DNA from: a virus
Lineage: Duplodnaviria; Caudoviricetes
DNA: 62,580 nt
Direction: 5' to 3' (one strand)
Virus record (IMG/VR): IMGVR_UViG_3300025759_000093
Coordinates: 1-62,580 of that record
The position numbers were made by a program, and so were the translations under genes. Below, one piece after another: positions 28,354 through 39,070 of the stretch. The notes beneath the pieces were generated by a model, which was not told the origin of the DNA, did not search any database, and saw only the letters and a list, made by a program, of their open reading frames with translations. Every line of letters starts with the position of its first letter. Position 1 is the stretch's first letter.

Positions 28354-29137
28354 CTATAGATCGATAAACTTCTAAACCTTCATCAGTTTTAAACCATGAA
28401 GCCATAGCTGAATATGGATTTTCATCAAAAGGAACATTCATCAACTTACGACCATTGCTAGCCCAAGTAAAAGATCTATTATCAGCACTTAGATTAACTA
28501 TACCTGACTCAACTGCTACTATAGCAAAGTTTCTAAGTATTACATTTTCATCATTAGCTAAATCTAAAAACAATTGTGGTTGTTGTTTAGCAAACAATAA
28601 TAAGTCTCTTCTTAATTCCTTAGAAGATAACTTAGCAACTTCTGATCCAACCTCTACTCTTAGTACTGCTTCCGCTTGGTCTATATCCATTTCGTAAGCT
28701 GTGTTTAATGCTTCTATTTCGTATTCTAAATCTTCCATCTCTGTTTCTGCTTCTAAGACGGTATCTAGTTCTCGAAATATTTTTCCTTTATGTGGATGTA
28801 TATTTAAAAACTCTTGTAAGTTTCTTTTTTCTTTAGGTACAAATAAGTGCCCATTATCAAATACTATATGCTTTAAAGTAATCTGTCCTTCTTGTTCATC
28901 TACAAAAATACTTTTTTGATTTGTAGCATATCTCATTTCTCTTTCATAACCTTGTTTTGGATCAAACCAAACTAAAGGGTATCTCTGAGTATGTTTACAA
29001 GGTAATGTATAAGTTAGTGGCGATTTGTTACCTACAAGATAATAATTTCTATCTTTATATTCCCAGTTATCTACTGGTTTTTTTATTTCAGGCGCAGCTT
29101 TTTTGACTGGAGCCTTTTTTACTTTTGTTTCTTCCAT
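28337..29137 (-). CDS. Hypothetical late protein (266 aa)
   Basis: Long ORF downstream of the capsid genes. Confidence 0.7.
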   Translation of the reverse strand: MEETKVKKAPVKKAAPEIKKPVDNWEYKDRNYYLVGNKSPLTYTLPCKHTQRYPLVWFDPKQGYEREMRYATNQKSIFVDEQEGQITLKHIVFDNGHLFVPKEKRNLQEFLNIHPHKGKIFRELDTVLEAETEMEDLEYEIEALNTAYEMDIDQAEAVLRVEVGSEVAKLSSKELRRDLLLFAKQQPQLFLDLANDENVILRNFAIVAVESGIVNLSADNRSFTWASNGRKLMNVPFDENPYSAMASWFKTDEGLEVYRSIDKKLK

Positions 29138-29164
29138 AATATAATATAATATAAATAATTAATA

Positions 29165-29188
29165 AAGACCCCGCCGAAGCGGGATCTT
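29165..29188 (-). terminator. Terminator hairpin after the capsid genes
   Basis: Minus strand AAGATCCCGC-TTCG-GCGGGGTCTT-TATT with a C(UUCG)G tetraloop. Confidence 0.75.
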
Positions 29189-29202
29189 AAATATAACCTT
29201 AA

Positions 29203-29556
29203 TTAACTTAAAGCTGATGTAAGCTTTAAAGTAATTACTGGTGTGATACTTCCTACTAGTACTCCAGTAGCTGTAACTTTTTGTTCAACAACTGGTCCAA
29301 CAATAGCTGGTCCAGATGTTCCTGCAGCATTACCAAAAACACCTGCAAACAGATCTAAATATTCTGCTTCAGTCTTAGTGAAAGAGTTAGATCCACCTTT
29401 AGTATAGACAATATTAGCTTTTGCTAATTTGTTTGATCCCATATCTAAAGCGTAAATAACATCAACAGTAAGTGTGTTACTTGATATAACAGCTGTAAGT
29501 TGCAATATGCCATCGGCTTGTGCAACTTGATTAACGTCTAATTTTACTAAACCCAT
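29203..29556 (-). CDS. Putative capsid decoration/auxiliary protein
   Basis: Small beta-rich ORF right after the MCP and before the terminator. Confidence 0.55.
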   Translation of the reverse strand: MGLVKLDVNQVAQADGILQLTAVISSNTLTVDVIYALDMGSNKLAKANIVYTKGGSNSFTKTEAEYLDLFAGVFGNAAGTSGPAIVGPVVEQKVTATGVLVGSITPVITLKLTSALS

Positions 29557-29587
29557 AATTTCTATATTTTTAAATGTTAATAAATAA

Positions 29588-31063
29588 TTAAGCTCCTTTG
29601 AATAACACGAAGTTATTAGCAGCTTGAGTTACTAAACATCTTTCAGATAAGAAATTAACTCTCATTGTATCAAGATCAGAAGTGTAAGCTCCACCTACAG
29701 AACCAGTGATCCAAGCTTTGAATCGTCTGTCTTCAGTTTCAGAAGCTCTAAATCTTACGTGTAAGAAAGGACGTCTGATATTTGATCCTAACATTTGATC
29801 GTATACTGTAGATGTACCAGCTGGTATCATAACACCGTCAATAGCGCTAGACATACCTCGTGTAGTAGCATCGTTTAAGTATTTCCAGTCAGTTTTATAG
29901 AAGTCATAAGAACCTCTTCTGAAACCAGAGAAACCAAAGTTAAGAGCCATTTCAGCTTCGTTATCAAATAAACCGTAAGAAGCAGCTTGAGTTGAAGCAA
30001 AACCACCATTAGTAGCAGCTAACATATCATCAAAATCAAGAGCAGTTTGTCTTGATAAAAATAACATATTTTCTTCAATAGCACCTTGCTTATCTAATTG
30101 CTTAAGGATAGCATCAAAATCTGCTAACGCACCTGAACCAGGAGCAGCAGCACCAGCAAAACCAGAGTATACATTACCTCTTGCTTCGATAGCAGCAAAT
30201 AAACCTTCAGTACCTTTAATAGCAGAACCATTTGCTCCAGTAGGACCAAACCCAGTTCCAAAAGTACCAGCATTAGCGTTAAGCTCACCTTCAACCATTG
30301 CCATTTCTAAATAGTCTTCAAATCTTAGTCTAGTTTCAGACTCAGCTTTTAAATACCATAAGTATCCAGAAGTACCATCTTCAGTAGCAACTTCGATCCA
30401 GCCAATTTGAGCTGTATCAGATCCACTTAATTCATAGTTATCTTTTAAGATAATTGGAGAATTAGTGAAAGTAGTTACATTAGGCTCGATAGCTTGCTTC
30501 ATTCCTTCACTTCCTTTTGGAAATTCAGAACCATAAACAAATAAACTATTTGTACCAGTTGTGTTAGTTAAAGCAGCTCCCTCATAAGCGTGACATTCTA
30601 ATGTATAACCATTAGTAGTAGCATTATCAGTATTAGATAATACTAAAGCTTTAAGAGTTACTAAACCAGTAGCGTTGTCAGAGATTAAAATTGTATTACC
30701 AACTCTAATACCTGAACTAGCTGGGTTACCAGCACCTGGAGTAATAGTTACTCTAAACTTAGGAAAAGCTTTACCAGCAGCAGCAACAACAACGTTATCA
30801 TATGCTACGTGTAATCTATTTTGTTCAGACCAAATTACTTGATCTGATGTCATTGGCATTTCAGCGCCAACCATTCTTAGGAAACCAGATAATGTTCTGT
30901 TTCCGTATCTCTCTACTTCTTGCTCATAAAGCTCAGGTAGATATTGTTGTGCCCATTGTCCATTAGCTAAGTTATTAAAATCTATGTAATTGTCTTGTAC
31001 AGTGACTTGACTTGGCATAGGTGTAATACTTGCTGGAAATGAACCTCCATTTACAAAACTCAT
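29588..31063 (-). CDS. Major capsid protein
   Basis: 491 aa after portal and scaffold, followed by a strong terminator; QQYLPELYEQEVERYG and RRGSYDFYKTDWKYLND motifs. Confidence 0.85.
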   Translation of the reverse strand: MSFVNGGSFPASITPMPSQVTVQDNYIDFNNLANGQWAQQYLPELYEQEVERYGNRTLSGFLRMVGAEMPMTSDQVIWSEQNRLHVAYDNVVVAAAGKAFPKFRVTITPGAGNPASSGIRVGNTILISDNATGLVTLKALVLSNTDNATTNGYTLECHAYEGAALTNTTGTNSLFVYGSEFPKGSEGMKQAIEPNVTTFTNSPIILKDNYELSGSDTAQIGWIEVATEDGTSGYLWYLKAESETRLRFEDYLEMAMVEGELNANAGTFGTGFGPTGANGSAIKGTEGLFAAIEARGNVYSGFAGAAAPGSGALADFDAILKQLDKQGAIEENMLFLSRQTALDFDDMLAATNGGFASTQAASYGLFDNEAEMALNFGFSGFRRGSYDFYKTDWKYLNDATTRGMSSAIDGVMIPAGTSTVYDQMLGSNIRRPFLHVRFRASETEDRRFKAWITGSVGGAYTSDLDTMRVNFLSERCLVTQAANNFVLFKGA

Positions 31064-31076
31064 GTTCTATTTTTTA

Positions 31077-32258
31077 TTATGATTTTTTATTTTTGATTTT
31101 CAACCTAGAACTATCAACACCAGTTATTGCTTTTACTTTCCAACCATTAGACAAAGTCGCCTCTGTAGCTAAAGGTTTTGGATCTTGATTAATGTTTTTA
31201 GATTTTGCAATAACATCTCTAGTAGCATCGGCTTTGCCTTGCTCGTAAAAATGTTGAGCTAATCTATCAGCATTTCTCATAGCGTAAATAGCTTTATGGT
31301 AACCGTCCAAATCTGTTATGCTTCCTGTTTCATCAGTAAATTTACTAATAACTTTTGAAACATCAGACTGAGCGTTTGCCATTTCAGTTGGATTAGAAAC
31401 ACTATATCTAAACGCTTTGTCTCCTAAGTTAAATTCAAAACCTTTGAATTTATTAGTGAAGAAGTCCTCAGTGTTTTTAACAAAGTCATTTCTTTTCTCT
31501 TGTATGGTTTGTTGTTCTTGGTTGTATCGTTGGAAAAAATCCATTGCTTTTTTCTGCTCATTAGTAACAGATGGCCTCAACTTGATTTCATCATAATATT
31601 TACTTTTCATTTGCTCTAAAAAGTTCTTGGCTTTCGCAACTTCTTCTTTGTATGCAAGCTTTTGCTTACGTACAAATCTTTCTTCGTCCGTCTCTTCATC
31701 AAACTTAAAATTATCTTCCATTACGAAGCTAATTTCATCGTCTGTAAGATGCGGTCTAGTCTTTTTATAATATTCTCTAACAAGTAAACTGTCATCGAAT
31801 TTAGTGTAATCTTTATTTAAAGTAACATAATCTTCAACAGTTCCACCTGTTTCTTGCATAAATTTCACAAGCTTTTCTACGTTTTCAGGCAGTTGTACTC
31901 CAGAAACTCTTTCGTCTCTAATAGCATCTTTTGCTTGTTTTTCTAATTTATCAGCTTCTTTAGAAACTGGTTTTTCTTGAATTACCGTGACCTCTTTGTC
32001 CTCATTTTTGTCTTCGACTTTTTCTGGGGTAAGCTCTTCAAGTTTTGATTCGGGTGCTCTCTCCTCCACTTTTTCCACATCTGTGGCTTGTTTATTCTCA
32101 TCCACGACTCCTGTGCTTTGCTTTGGAACGGCATCTTCTTCTTTTTTAGTTAAATCTATTTTTGTTACTTTTTTATCACCTGCTAGTTTCTTTGGTCTAC
32201 CAGGTTTTCTTTTCATTTTAAATTCCCCTTCTTGAGGAACCTCTTTTTCATTTGCCAT
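31077..32258 (-). CDS. Capsid scaffolding protein
   Basis: Charged disordered N-terminus and helical body; lies between portal and MCP. Confidence 0.7.
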   Translation of the reverse strand: MANEKEVPQEGEFKMKRKPGRPKKLAGDKKVTKIDLTKKEEDAVPKQSTGVVDENKQATDVEKVEERAPESKLEELTPEKVEDKNEDKEVTVIQEKPVSKEADKLEKQAKDAIRDERVSGVQLPENVEKLVKFMQETGGTVEDYVTLNKDYTKFDDSLLVREYYKKTRPHLTDDEISFVMEDNFKFDEETDEERFVRKQKLAYKEEVAKAKNFLEQMKSKYYDEIKLRPSVTNEQKKAMDFFQRYNQEQQTIQEKRNDFVKNTEDFFTNKFKGFEFNLGDKAFRYSVSNPTEMANAQSDVSKVISKFTDETGSITDLDGYHKAIYAMRNADRLAQHFYEQGKADATRDVIAKSKNINQDPKPLATEATLSNGWKVKAITGVDSSRLKIKNKKS

Positions 32259-32287
32259 AATATAATATAATATAAATTAATAAAGTA

Positions 32288-34705
32288 TTACATACCTTCA
32301 GGTAGTATACTGTCTAGTGGATCTTGTAAACTCTCGATAGACGATGGATCCTCAAAGTCTATTGCATCTAATTGTTTTTGCTTTTGATTAGCTATAGCAC
32401 TTTGTTGAGTGCCAACTATTCTAGCTCTTTTATCTTTTCTATCTTCTATATCTTTTTCTCTTTGTGCTTCGACACCTATCTTCTGTTCTCCAAGCTCTTT
32501 GTTATACATGAACTCAAGCTCCATTAATTCTCTTTTAATTTGAGCTTCAACTCTCATACGCTCTACTTCAAAGCTAGATTTACCTTTTTCAAATTTAAGT
32601 TTAGTATCTAATACCGCTTGTTGCTTCTGTACTTCTGCCATAGCAGCAGCTTCACTAGCTTCGGCATTAGCAGCTGCTTGTGCTTGTATGTTTGCTAAGT
32701 TAGCAGCTTGTGCAGCTTCAGCAGCTTTCTTACGCTTCAACTTAATCATTTGATTAGCTAGCTTAAGATTATTTATTTGCCTAATATCTATAGCATCTTC
32801 TAGATTTATACTGCCACTAGCTAGTGCTGCTTGAATATTTGCTTCTAACATTTCTTTCTCTTGCTCATCTGGAACTAAATCCATATACAAGCCAAAGTCA
32901 TATAAGTGGATATTTTGTAAATCATCTAATTGACCTACGTTCCAAGTTGATATACTATTTTTTAAAGCCTCTTCAGTTAAAGCAAACTCTATGCTATCAG
33001 CAGTTCTTAAAACTATATTTTCACAAGTTCTTACTGTTAAGTATAAATAAGCATTTAATATATGTTTAGTAGCTGTATTTGAATTTGCAGCTGCAAGCTT
33101 TTGCAAGCCTACTAGTGAATCTGAGTTTGGTTGACTACCGTCTCTAGCTTCATTAAGCCCGGTTACGTCTCTTATCATTTGTAGATAATACTGATAAGTT
33201 TGTATTAAAGAATTTATTTTTCCACCACCATCACTTTTAACTAACTCTTGTATTGGTACTCTACCATTATTAGGATCTCCTTCAGTAGTCATTGATCTAC
33301 CTAAAATACTACCAGTTTGGAAATACATGTTTAAAGCTTCTTTAGCATTATATGTAGTACCATTACCTAAGTCTACTTCTGCTAGTCCATCAACATCTAA
33401 GTATACACCATCAGGTATTACTTTAGATATTACTTGTTGTATTTTTAAATGAGTTATTTGTATCATATCAGCAAAGCCCATCATACGACTTACTAAACTT
33501 TCTATTCTACCATGATACATTTTAGGTGCACATATGTTGTAGTTCATGTTTACCTTAACTAAGTTAGATTTTGGTCTTGTCATATTTTCAGACATTTTCC
33601 ACTCTAACATCATATCATATCCTAGAACCTTAGCACCAGTATATAGAACTTCTATTGATCTACTAACTCTATCAAAGTTATCATTTTGTTCTGGATTAAA
33701 AGTATCTGGTTTTTCTAAAGCTTTTTCTAAACCTGTAGCAGTCTTTTTTATTTTAAATACTTGCTCGCTATATGTTTTGTATTCAAAATACATTATGTAT
33801 ATAGCATTACCGTCTCTTCTGCCATTGTAATTATATAAATAATTACTATTACCTTGATACTGTTGTAATCTTTCTAGTTCTGAATCTGTAAGTTGAGGAA
33901 ACTGCTTTTTAGCATCGGCTAAAGTTATAGGTTTAACTTCGCCTACGTACCATAAATCTTCAAAGTTTGGATCTTCACTGTAAGAATAAACCATACGAGC
34001 TGGATCTACATATTCTACAGTAACACCTTCAGCTTTGTTAAAGTTAGTTTTTACAGCACTCATACCTAACACTACTAAATCTTCAAGTAATCTCTTTTTA
34101 GTTAGATCATATCTATTCATCTGCAAAGAGTTATTTACTGCTTCTTCACAAGCTATTTCTGAAGCTTGTTTGTAGCTTAGTTGCATGTGCAAATCTAACT
34201 CATCTTTATTTTCAGGTAGTTCTGAAGGGGTATCACTATTAAATAAATCTAGGTCTAAAGTTTGTTGTAAAGATATTAAAAAATCTTTTGCTTGCATATC
34301 TCTTAATATGTCTTCAGCATACTTTGATCTTTGTTGTCTTGATTCTGGATCCTGAGCAAAGGCTTTTATATCATAAACCTTATCGTCCATGCCATTGACA
34401 ACTATATCTACAAACTTAGGTATTATAGGAACTGGTTTCCAGTCTAAATTAAGATATGATAAATCACCGTTTATAGCTAATTCATCTTTATACTTTTGAA
34501 CAGGTTGCTCAGCTCTTGAATAAAGCCTACGCATTCTGAAATTATTATAATTAGTATTAAATCTGTTTTCAACTCCAGATCTTGTTCCGCTAAACCAATC
34601 ACCCTCTATAGCCATTGCAACCTGCCTGCCATAGTCGATACTTTGTTTAACCTCATCAGGTACTACCTGATCTGGAAAAGAGCTATAAGTGTTTGTAATC
34701 TTCAT
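32288..34705 (-). CDS. Portal protein
   Basis: 805 aa directly after the terminase; PIIPKFVDIVVN motif; C-terminal Ala/Gln coiled coil. Confidence 0.85.
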   Translation of the reverse strand: MKITNTYSSFPDQVVPDEVKQSIDYGRQVAMAIEGDWFSGTRSGVENRFNTNYNNFRMRRLYSRAEQPVQKYKDELAINGDLSYLNLDWKPVPIIPKFVDIVVNGMDDKVYDIKAFAQDPESRQQRSKYAEDILRDMQAKDFLISLQQTLDLDLFNSDTPSELPENKDELDLHMQLSYKQASEIACEEAVNNSLQMNRYDLTKKRLLEDLVVLGMSAVKTNFNKAEGVTVEYVDPARMVYSYSEDPNFEDLWYVGEVKPITLADAKKQFPQLTDSELERLQQYQGNSNYLYNYNGRRDGNAIYIMYFEYKTYSEQVFKIKKTATGLEKALEKPDTFNPEQNDNFDRVSRSIEVLYTGAKVLGYDMMLEWKMSENMTRPKSNLVKVNMNYNICAPKMYHGRIESLVSRMMGFADMIQITHLKIQQVISKVIPDGVYLDVDGLAEVDLGNGTTYNAKEALNMYFQTGSILGRSMTTEGDPNNGRVPIQELVKSDGGGKINSLIQTYQYYLQMIRDVTGLNEARDGSQPNSDSLVGLQKLAAANSNTATKHILNAYLYLTVRTCENIVLRTADSIEFALTEEALKNSISTWNVGQLDDLQNIHLYDFGLYMDLVPDEQEKEMLEANIQAALASGSINLEDAIDIRQINNLKLANQMIKLKRKKAAEAAQAANLANIQAQAAANAEASEAAAMAEVQKQQAVLDTKLKFEKGKSSFEVERMRVEAQIKRELMELEFMYNKELGEQKIGVEAQREKDIEDRKDKRARIVGTQQSAIANQKQKQLDAIDFEDPSSIESLQDPLDSILPEGM

Positions 34706-36931
34706 TTATTTTATTATTTGTGAAATAGATCCTTTATTATTGTATCTACGTATACCTAAACTAACAGGTGCTACACTTCTTGTTGGAACCGGTCTATACT
34801 TGTTTTTGTTACAAGCCATAATTGCCAAACCAGAACTTATAGCGGCATCGTATTTAGTTCTATTATTTATGTTAAATCTCGCCCAATCATCTAATGTTTT
34901 TTGGAAATACATATTACCATATCCCGTTTCTATTTGACCTACAAAATTTTCAATATAATATTCTATTGCAGCAGCGTGTGCTTGCTTAATATCTTCGCTT
35001 GAGTTAGGTATACCACCTATCTCTCTTTCGGTTATTGATAGCTTATTGTAAAGTTTGTCAGGTCTATTCATACTAAACCCTCTATAACCTCTACGCTTCA
35101 AATAATATAACAACCTTGGTTTATTATTTTCAGCTAACAACGGCATCCCATAAAAATGTAATGCCATTAAAACGTCTTCAAAAAATATTTCAGCTGTCTG
35201 TGGTCTAGCTATATATTCTAAGAAAAATTGATTAGCAGGAGAGTTTTCCATGCTGAACTTTGTCAATCCATGAAGTGCTCCTTTACTGCCGCGACCATCA
35301 ACAGTACCGCTAATATCGTAAGAATCACAGCCGAAAGCTCCAATATGTTCGTTAGCGGGGTATTTAATTCCATTTTTTATTATTACGTTGTTTTGAATGT
35401 TAAAGTCTGGTACCCAAGAAACTAAAAATCTACCTTTATTGTTTGGTATAAATACTACTTTAGTATCTTTTATTCCGTTTTCCCAGGCAAAATTTCCTTT
35501 AGTGATACCAACACTATTGTTTAATTCTTCGTTAAAATCTATTTGTTGATATATTCTAGTTAAGTTGAATAAGCTATCTTTTGTTTCGTCTCTAAAAGCA
35601 TGTTGTTCCGTACGTGGAAATTGCCTATAGTATTCATTTAAAGCGTCTTGATCGTGCTTTAATCCTTCGACTTCGTTTTCCCAGTGTTTGATAACTCCCG
35701 TCGTAATAACCGTACCATCAATTGTTTTGATTGGATCTTTTGGAGATGTGAAGATAGGAAGTCCGTAAGTATCCATGAATCCTTCGTAGTTCCATTCCAT
35801 AGGTATGAACAAGCTGTAGAGTCCAGAAGCTGTTTGTCCGTTTTTATTTCTTTCAGTAACGTCTGAATTGTAGTATAATTTTTTGAAGTTGTCCCCACCT
35901 TTGTCTAAAGCATTTGAAGTTGAGCCCATCATACATTTACCTACGATTCTAGAACCAAGACGTAATGTAGTTTTTGTAACCCTCCAGTTGTTTAATATAT
36001 TATCAGGTCTTTCCCACTTACCACTTTCATCATGCGCTAGTATTTTTAGCTTTTCACCATCGTAAGAGTTATCACCAGTATTTTTCCAGTCAATAGTTGT
36101 ATCAAGTCCATCTAGTTCTTCTAGTTGCTCATTATTTTCCAACTTTCTTCTAGTAAGTTTGGATGCTGGAACCCTATATGCCAACTCAGTCTTTGGCCGA
36201 TCCATACCGTCTTGAATTGGTTTGAAGAAAAACGGATAGTTAACGGATATTGGTACAACCTTATCTGTAAACATTTTTTTAGCATCTGCACCTGACTTAC
36301 TGAGTATACCAAATCTTGAGTCAGAAGAAATGGTTGCTTTATTGACAAGTTCTGCTGATGCCATAAATGAAAACCCAGATCGTCTGTTTTTAAGATAGCA
36401 CATTCCATAACATCTGTTATCTGCTTTACAGGCTTCCCAAAATATAAAGAAGAGTCTATTTGATTCTCTATATTCAGGTGCTCCAACATCAATCTTTGAC
36501 CATTGGAGGTACATGTAATGTGTACCAGTAATATAAGTAGGAATATTATTATTATAAAACCAGTAACCTTGTTCTCTTCTTTTGAATTCTTCGTCGATAT
36601 AATCATACCACTTCTCTTTAAAATCTAACGGATATTCTTCCCAATCAAATCTAGTCTTTATTCTTTGTAGTTCTTTTGGATATTCAAATCTTTCCCAGTA
36701 TTGTTCCTCTTGTTTTTTGCTTCGTTTATACGGTTCATCTGCTGTTGGTAAAGCAATGCGGAGACCTTGTATTTCAATAACTGATTCAATTTTACCTGTT
36801 TTACTTATTACTACAAAATCATACTCCACGTTATAACCGTACTCCCACTTTTTATATCTGTTGTTTTTAGCTAATATCTTAGGATTTACAACGTCCTTAA
36901 TTTCTTTCCAAAGCGTCTGTTCGTAACTCAC
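34706..36931 (-). CDS. terL: Terminase large subunit
   Basis: Walker A-like LKNRRSGFS, Walker B ILAHDESGKW, MGST coupling motif, RNase H-like FGCDSYD. Confidence 0.9.
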   Translation of the reverse strand: MSYEQTLWKEIKDVVNPKILAKNNRYKKWEYGYNVEYDFVVISKTGKIESVIEIQGLRIALPTADEPYKRSKKQEEQYWERFEYPKELQRIKTRFDWEEYPLDFKEKWYDYIDEEFKRREQGYWFYNNNIPTYITGTHYMYLQWSKIDVGAPEYRESNRLFFIFWEACKADNRCYGMCYLKNRRSGFSFMASAELVNKATISSDSRFGILSKSGADAKKMFTDKVVPISVNYPFFFKPIQDGMDRPKTELAYRVPASKLTRRKLENNEQLEELDGLDTTIDWKNTGDNSYDGEKLKILAHDESGKWERPDNILNNWRVTKTTLRLGSRIVGKCMMGSTSNALDKGGDNFKKLYYNSDVTERNKNGQTASGLYSLFIPMEWNYEGFMDTYGLPIFTSPKDPIKTIDGTVITTGVIKHWENEVEGLKHDQDALNEYYRQFPRTEQHAFRDETKDSLFNLTRIYQQIDFNEELNNSVGITKGNFAWENGIKDTKVVFIPNNKGRFLVSWVPDFNIQNNVIIKNGIKYPANEHIGAFGCDSYDISGTVDGRGSKGALHGLTKFSMENSPANQFFLEYIARPQTAEIFFEDVLMALHFYGMPLLAENNKPRLLYYLKRRGYRGFSMNRPDKLYNKLSITEREIGGIPNSSEDIKQAHAAAIEYYIENFVGQIETGYGNMYFQKTLDDWARFNINNRTKYDAAISSGLAIMACNKNKYRPVPTRSVAPVSLGIRRYNNKGSISQIIK

Positions 36932-37209
36932 TTACTTCGCCCTTCTGCAAAACCTTTAAATGATTTTACTTCTTTTTCTACTTTATTATTATCACCTGAT
37001 AAAATAGATTCTTCCTCTTCTATTCTTTGCAGTATTTCAAAAGCATCCATTATACAGAGCTTTTTAGTAGCTGCCGCGTTCTTTAATCTATCAGCTGACA
37101 CATCATCGTCTGTATGTGTAATGATTTTTTCTTCAGCTACTTTAATTAACTCGTCTACAGCTTTACGCCCAGCTCGGATTATGTTCTTTCTCGTTTCCTT
37201 CGTACTCAT
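36928..37209 (-). CDS. Putative terminase small subunit
   Basis: Small helical ORF coupled immediately upstream of terL. Confidence 0.45.
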   Translation of the reverse strand: MSTKETRKNIIRAGRKAVDELIKVAEEKIITHTDDDVSADRLKNAAATKKLCIMDAFEILQRIEEEESILSGDNNKVEKEVKSFKGFAEGRSK

Positions 37210-37747
37210 GAGTTAAAGCTATGTCATTTGATTTCATACAATATAAACGTTCATTATCAATGATAAATTCAAACTCAGAGTTTGGCGTAAACGTTACAAG
37301 TGTTCCAGGTGTTATTCCTATGGCTTCTAAGGAGCTATTAGTATATTTCATTATACCAACGTTAGGTTGCTCTTTATTAATGCTTAAATAATCTTTATTT
37401 AAAATAGGTTTTACAAAGCAATAAGGTCCATGAGGTTTATTGTTATACATGTATATTTGATCAGGAGTACAAAAGTATAAATCATCTTTAAAATACATAG
37501 AGCTATTACGTTCTTTTCCCTTTTGATCATACCATCTTCTAAATATATTATGATGCACATATACATTGTCACCTATCTTTATGTGTGAGCTATAAGCAGC
37601 TGGCACCGATACAACAACTGCTTGCTTGCTCACAAATCGGTGGTTCTCTATGGTGGTATTTATGATAAGCGTTTTATCGCCTACCTTTCTTATATTATCA
37701 TACCTACTATTAAGAGGTTTGATAATAAAGTTATATAAACTTTTCAT
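37163..37747 (-). CDS. GroES-like (tandem co-chaperonin-like) protein
   Basis: Two repeats of the pattern FIIKP/CFVKP...G(D/T).V.....Y. Confidence 0.5.
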   Translation of the reverse strand: MKSLYNFIIKPLNSRYDNIRKVGDKTLIINTTIENHRFVSKQAVVVSVPAAYSSHIKIGDNVYVHHNIFRRWYDQKGKERNSSMYFKDDLYFCTPDQIYMYNNKPHGPYCFVKPILNKDYLSINKEQPNVGIMKYTNSSLEAIGITPGTLVTFTPNSEFEFIIDNERLYCMKSNDIALTHEYEGNEKEHNPSWA

Positions 37748-37971
37748 TAATATTTCAAATCATACTCAACTGATATAGCCATATTACGATTGAACTTTTT
37801 CCAAGGAAGAACTTCTTTTGATTTTGTTATATATATATTATAAGACTGATCGTTATCATCAAATAATATATCTGATATTACATGGCCACCGTATACTTCT
37901 TGCTGTAGTGAATAATGCATTGCATCATTTTTATAATCTGATCCAATACTTATTTTTCTAATTACTGACAT
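37747..37971 (-). CDS. Hypothetical protein
   Basis: 74-aa coupled ORF. Confidence 0.6.
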   Translation of the reverse strand: MSVIRKISIGSDYKNDAMHYSLQQEVYGGHVISDILFDDNDQSYNIYITKSKEVLPWKKFNRNMAISVEYDLKY

Positions 37972-38221
37972 CTTGTTTCTTTTCTCTTTTCCATTTACCA
38001 GTTGTCATATCAATATTTATACTTCCATATTTTTCTTTTAAAATATTTTTAGTATTTTTAACAACTTCGTTAGTGTCAGCTAGTTCATGAAGTAACGCAT
38101 GTTTTCTAGACTCTATATAGCCTATTTCACACATTATTCTGTTAACCTTGTCTTGTTGATTTTTAATTTCTTCAAACTCTTTCTCATCTAATATTCCAGA
38201 GTCTACTGTTACTTTACTCAT
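37958..38221 (-). CDS. Small coiled-coil protein (paralogue of 47756-48091)
   Basis: Ends LKEKYGSINIDMTTGKW, versus LEKKYGNVNISLADGEW in the paralogue. Confidence 0.65.
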   Translation of the reverse strand: MSKVTVDSGILDEKEFEEIKNQQDKVNRIMCEIGYIESRKHALLHELADTNEVVKNTKNILKEKYGSINIDMTTGKWKREKKQDVSN

Positions 38222-38227
38222 TTTATT

Positions 38228-38791
38228 TTATTTAATTATTGCCCAAGATGTATCTTTAAATTGCTTAATGTTATTGCCAAAAGTTTCTGTTACAGCTTGC
38301 TTTACAGTATCCCAACTGTAATCATGACCAGCTATTATACCGCCTTTTTTTACTACTCTAATACAATCTTTAATATCTCTCAGCACATCTTCGTATTCAT
38401 GACTAGCATCTATATACGCAAAGTCAAAATATTCATCATCATAGTTATTTATAACATTGTAACTATAATCTTTAATATGATTTATAAAATCAAAATATTT
38501 TATATTATTATTAAATTCAGCTTCAACTTCTTTCCATGTGTGGTTAAATATATTGTTAAAGCTTTCTTTTCCCTCAAATGGATCTATACATACTATTTCA
38601 TTAAAAATACCAGAAGCAGCTATTATCTTAGCAGACTCACCCATATAGCTTCCTATTTCTAACGCTTTTGAATTATCAGGTAATATATCATTAATATAAC
38701 TTATTAAATCTACAAAACCTAAAAATTGATAATTCTTATTATTATCACTTCTGCGCCACTCAAGGTTTGCATTAAACCTTTGTGTTATCAT
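38228..38791 (-). CDS. Class I SAM-dependent methyltransferase (Methyltransf_24-like)
   Basis: LEIGSYMGES, YIDASHEYE and GGIIAGHDY motifs. Confidence 0.85.
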   Translation of the reverse strand: MITQRFNANLEWRRSDNNKNYQFLGFVDLISYINDILPDNSKALEIGSYMGESAKIIAASGIFNEIVCIDPFEGKESFNNIFNHTWKEVEAEFNNNIKYFDFINHIKDYSYNVINNYDDEYFDFAYIDASHEYEDVLRDIKDCIRVVKKGGIIAGHDYSWDTVKQAVTETFGNNIKQFKDTSWAIIK

Positions 38792-38792
38792 T

Positions 38793-39068
38793 TTAGTATA
38801 TAGCTACGCAATCTGTTCCAACTTTTAATTTAGTAGCTAACATAGGTGTTCTATCACCTACAACTGTCCCTGGTTGTACGCTTTTAAATACCACGTCGTT
38901 ACCAGCTTCTGTTGTAATAGTAATATCTTGTGCTGAGGACTTACCGTTGTATATTACAACTCCTCTTTCAGATGTATTTGCTATTGCACCTGTTCCAGCT
39001 GTTAAAGCTACGGCATCGTGTCCAAAAACTCTAGGCTCTGAAGCCGTGTTTCCTATTAATCCTCGCAT
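38793..39068 (-). CDS. Small structural-like protein
   Basis: 91-aa beta-rich ORF in the late block. Confidence 0.55.
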   Translation of the reverse strand: MRGLIGNTASEPRVFGHDAVALTAGTGAIANTSERGVVIYNGKSSAQDITITTEAGNDVVFKSVQPGTVVGDRTPMLATKLKVGTDCVAIY

Positions 39069-39070
39069 TT

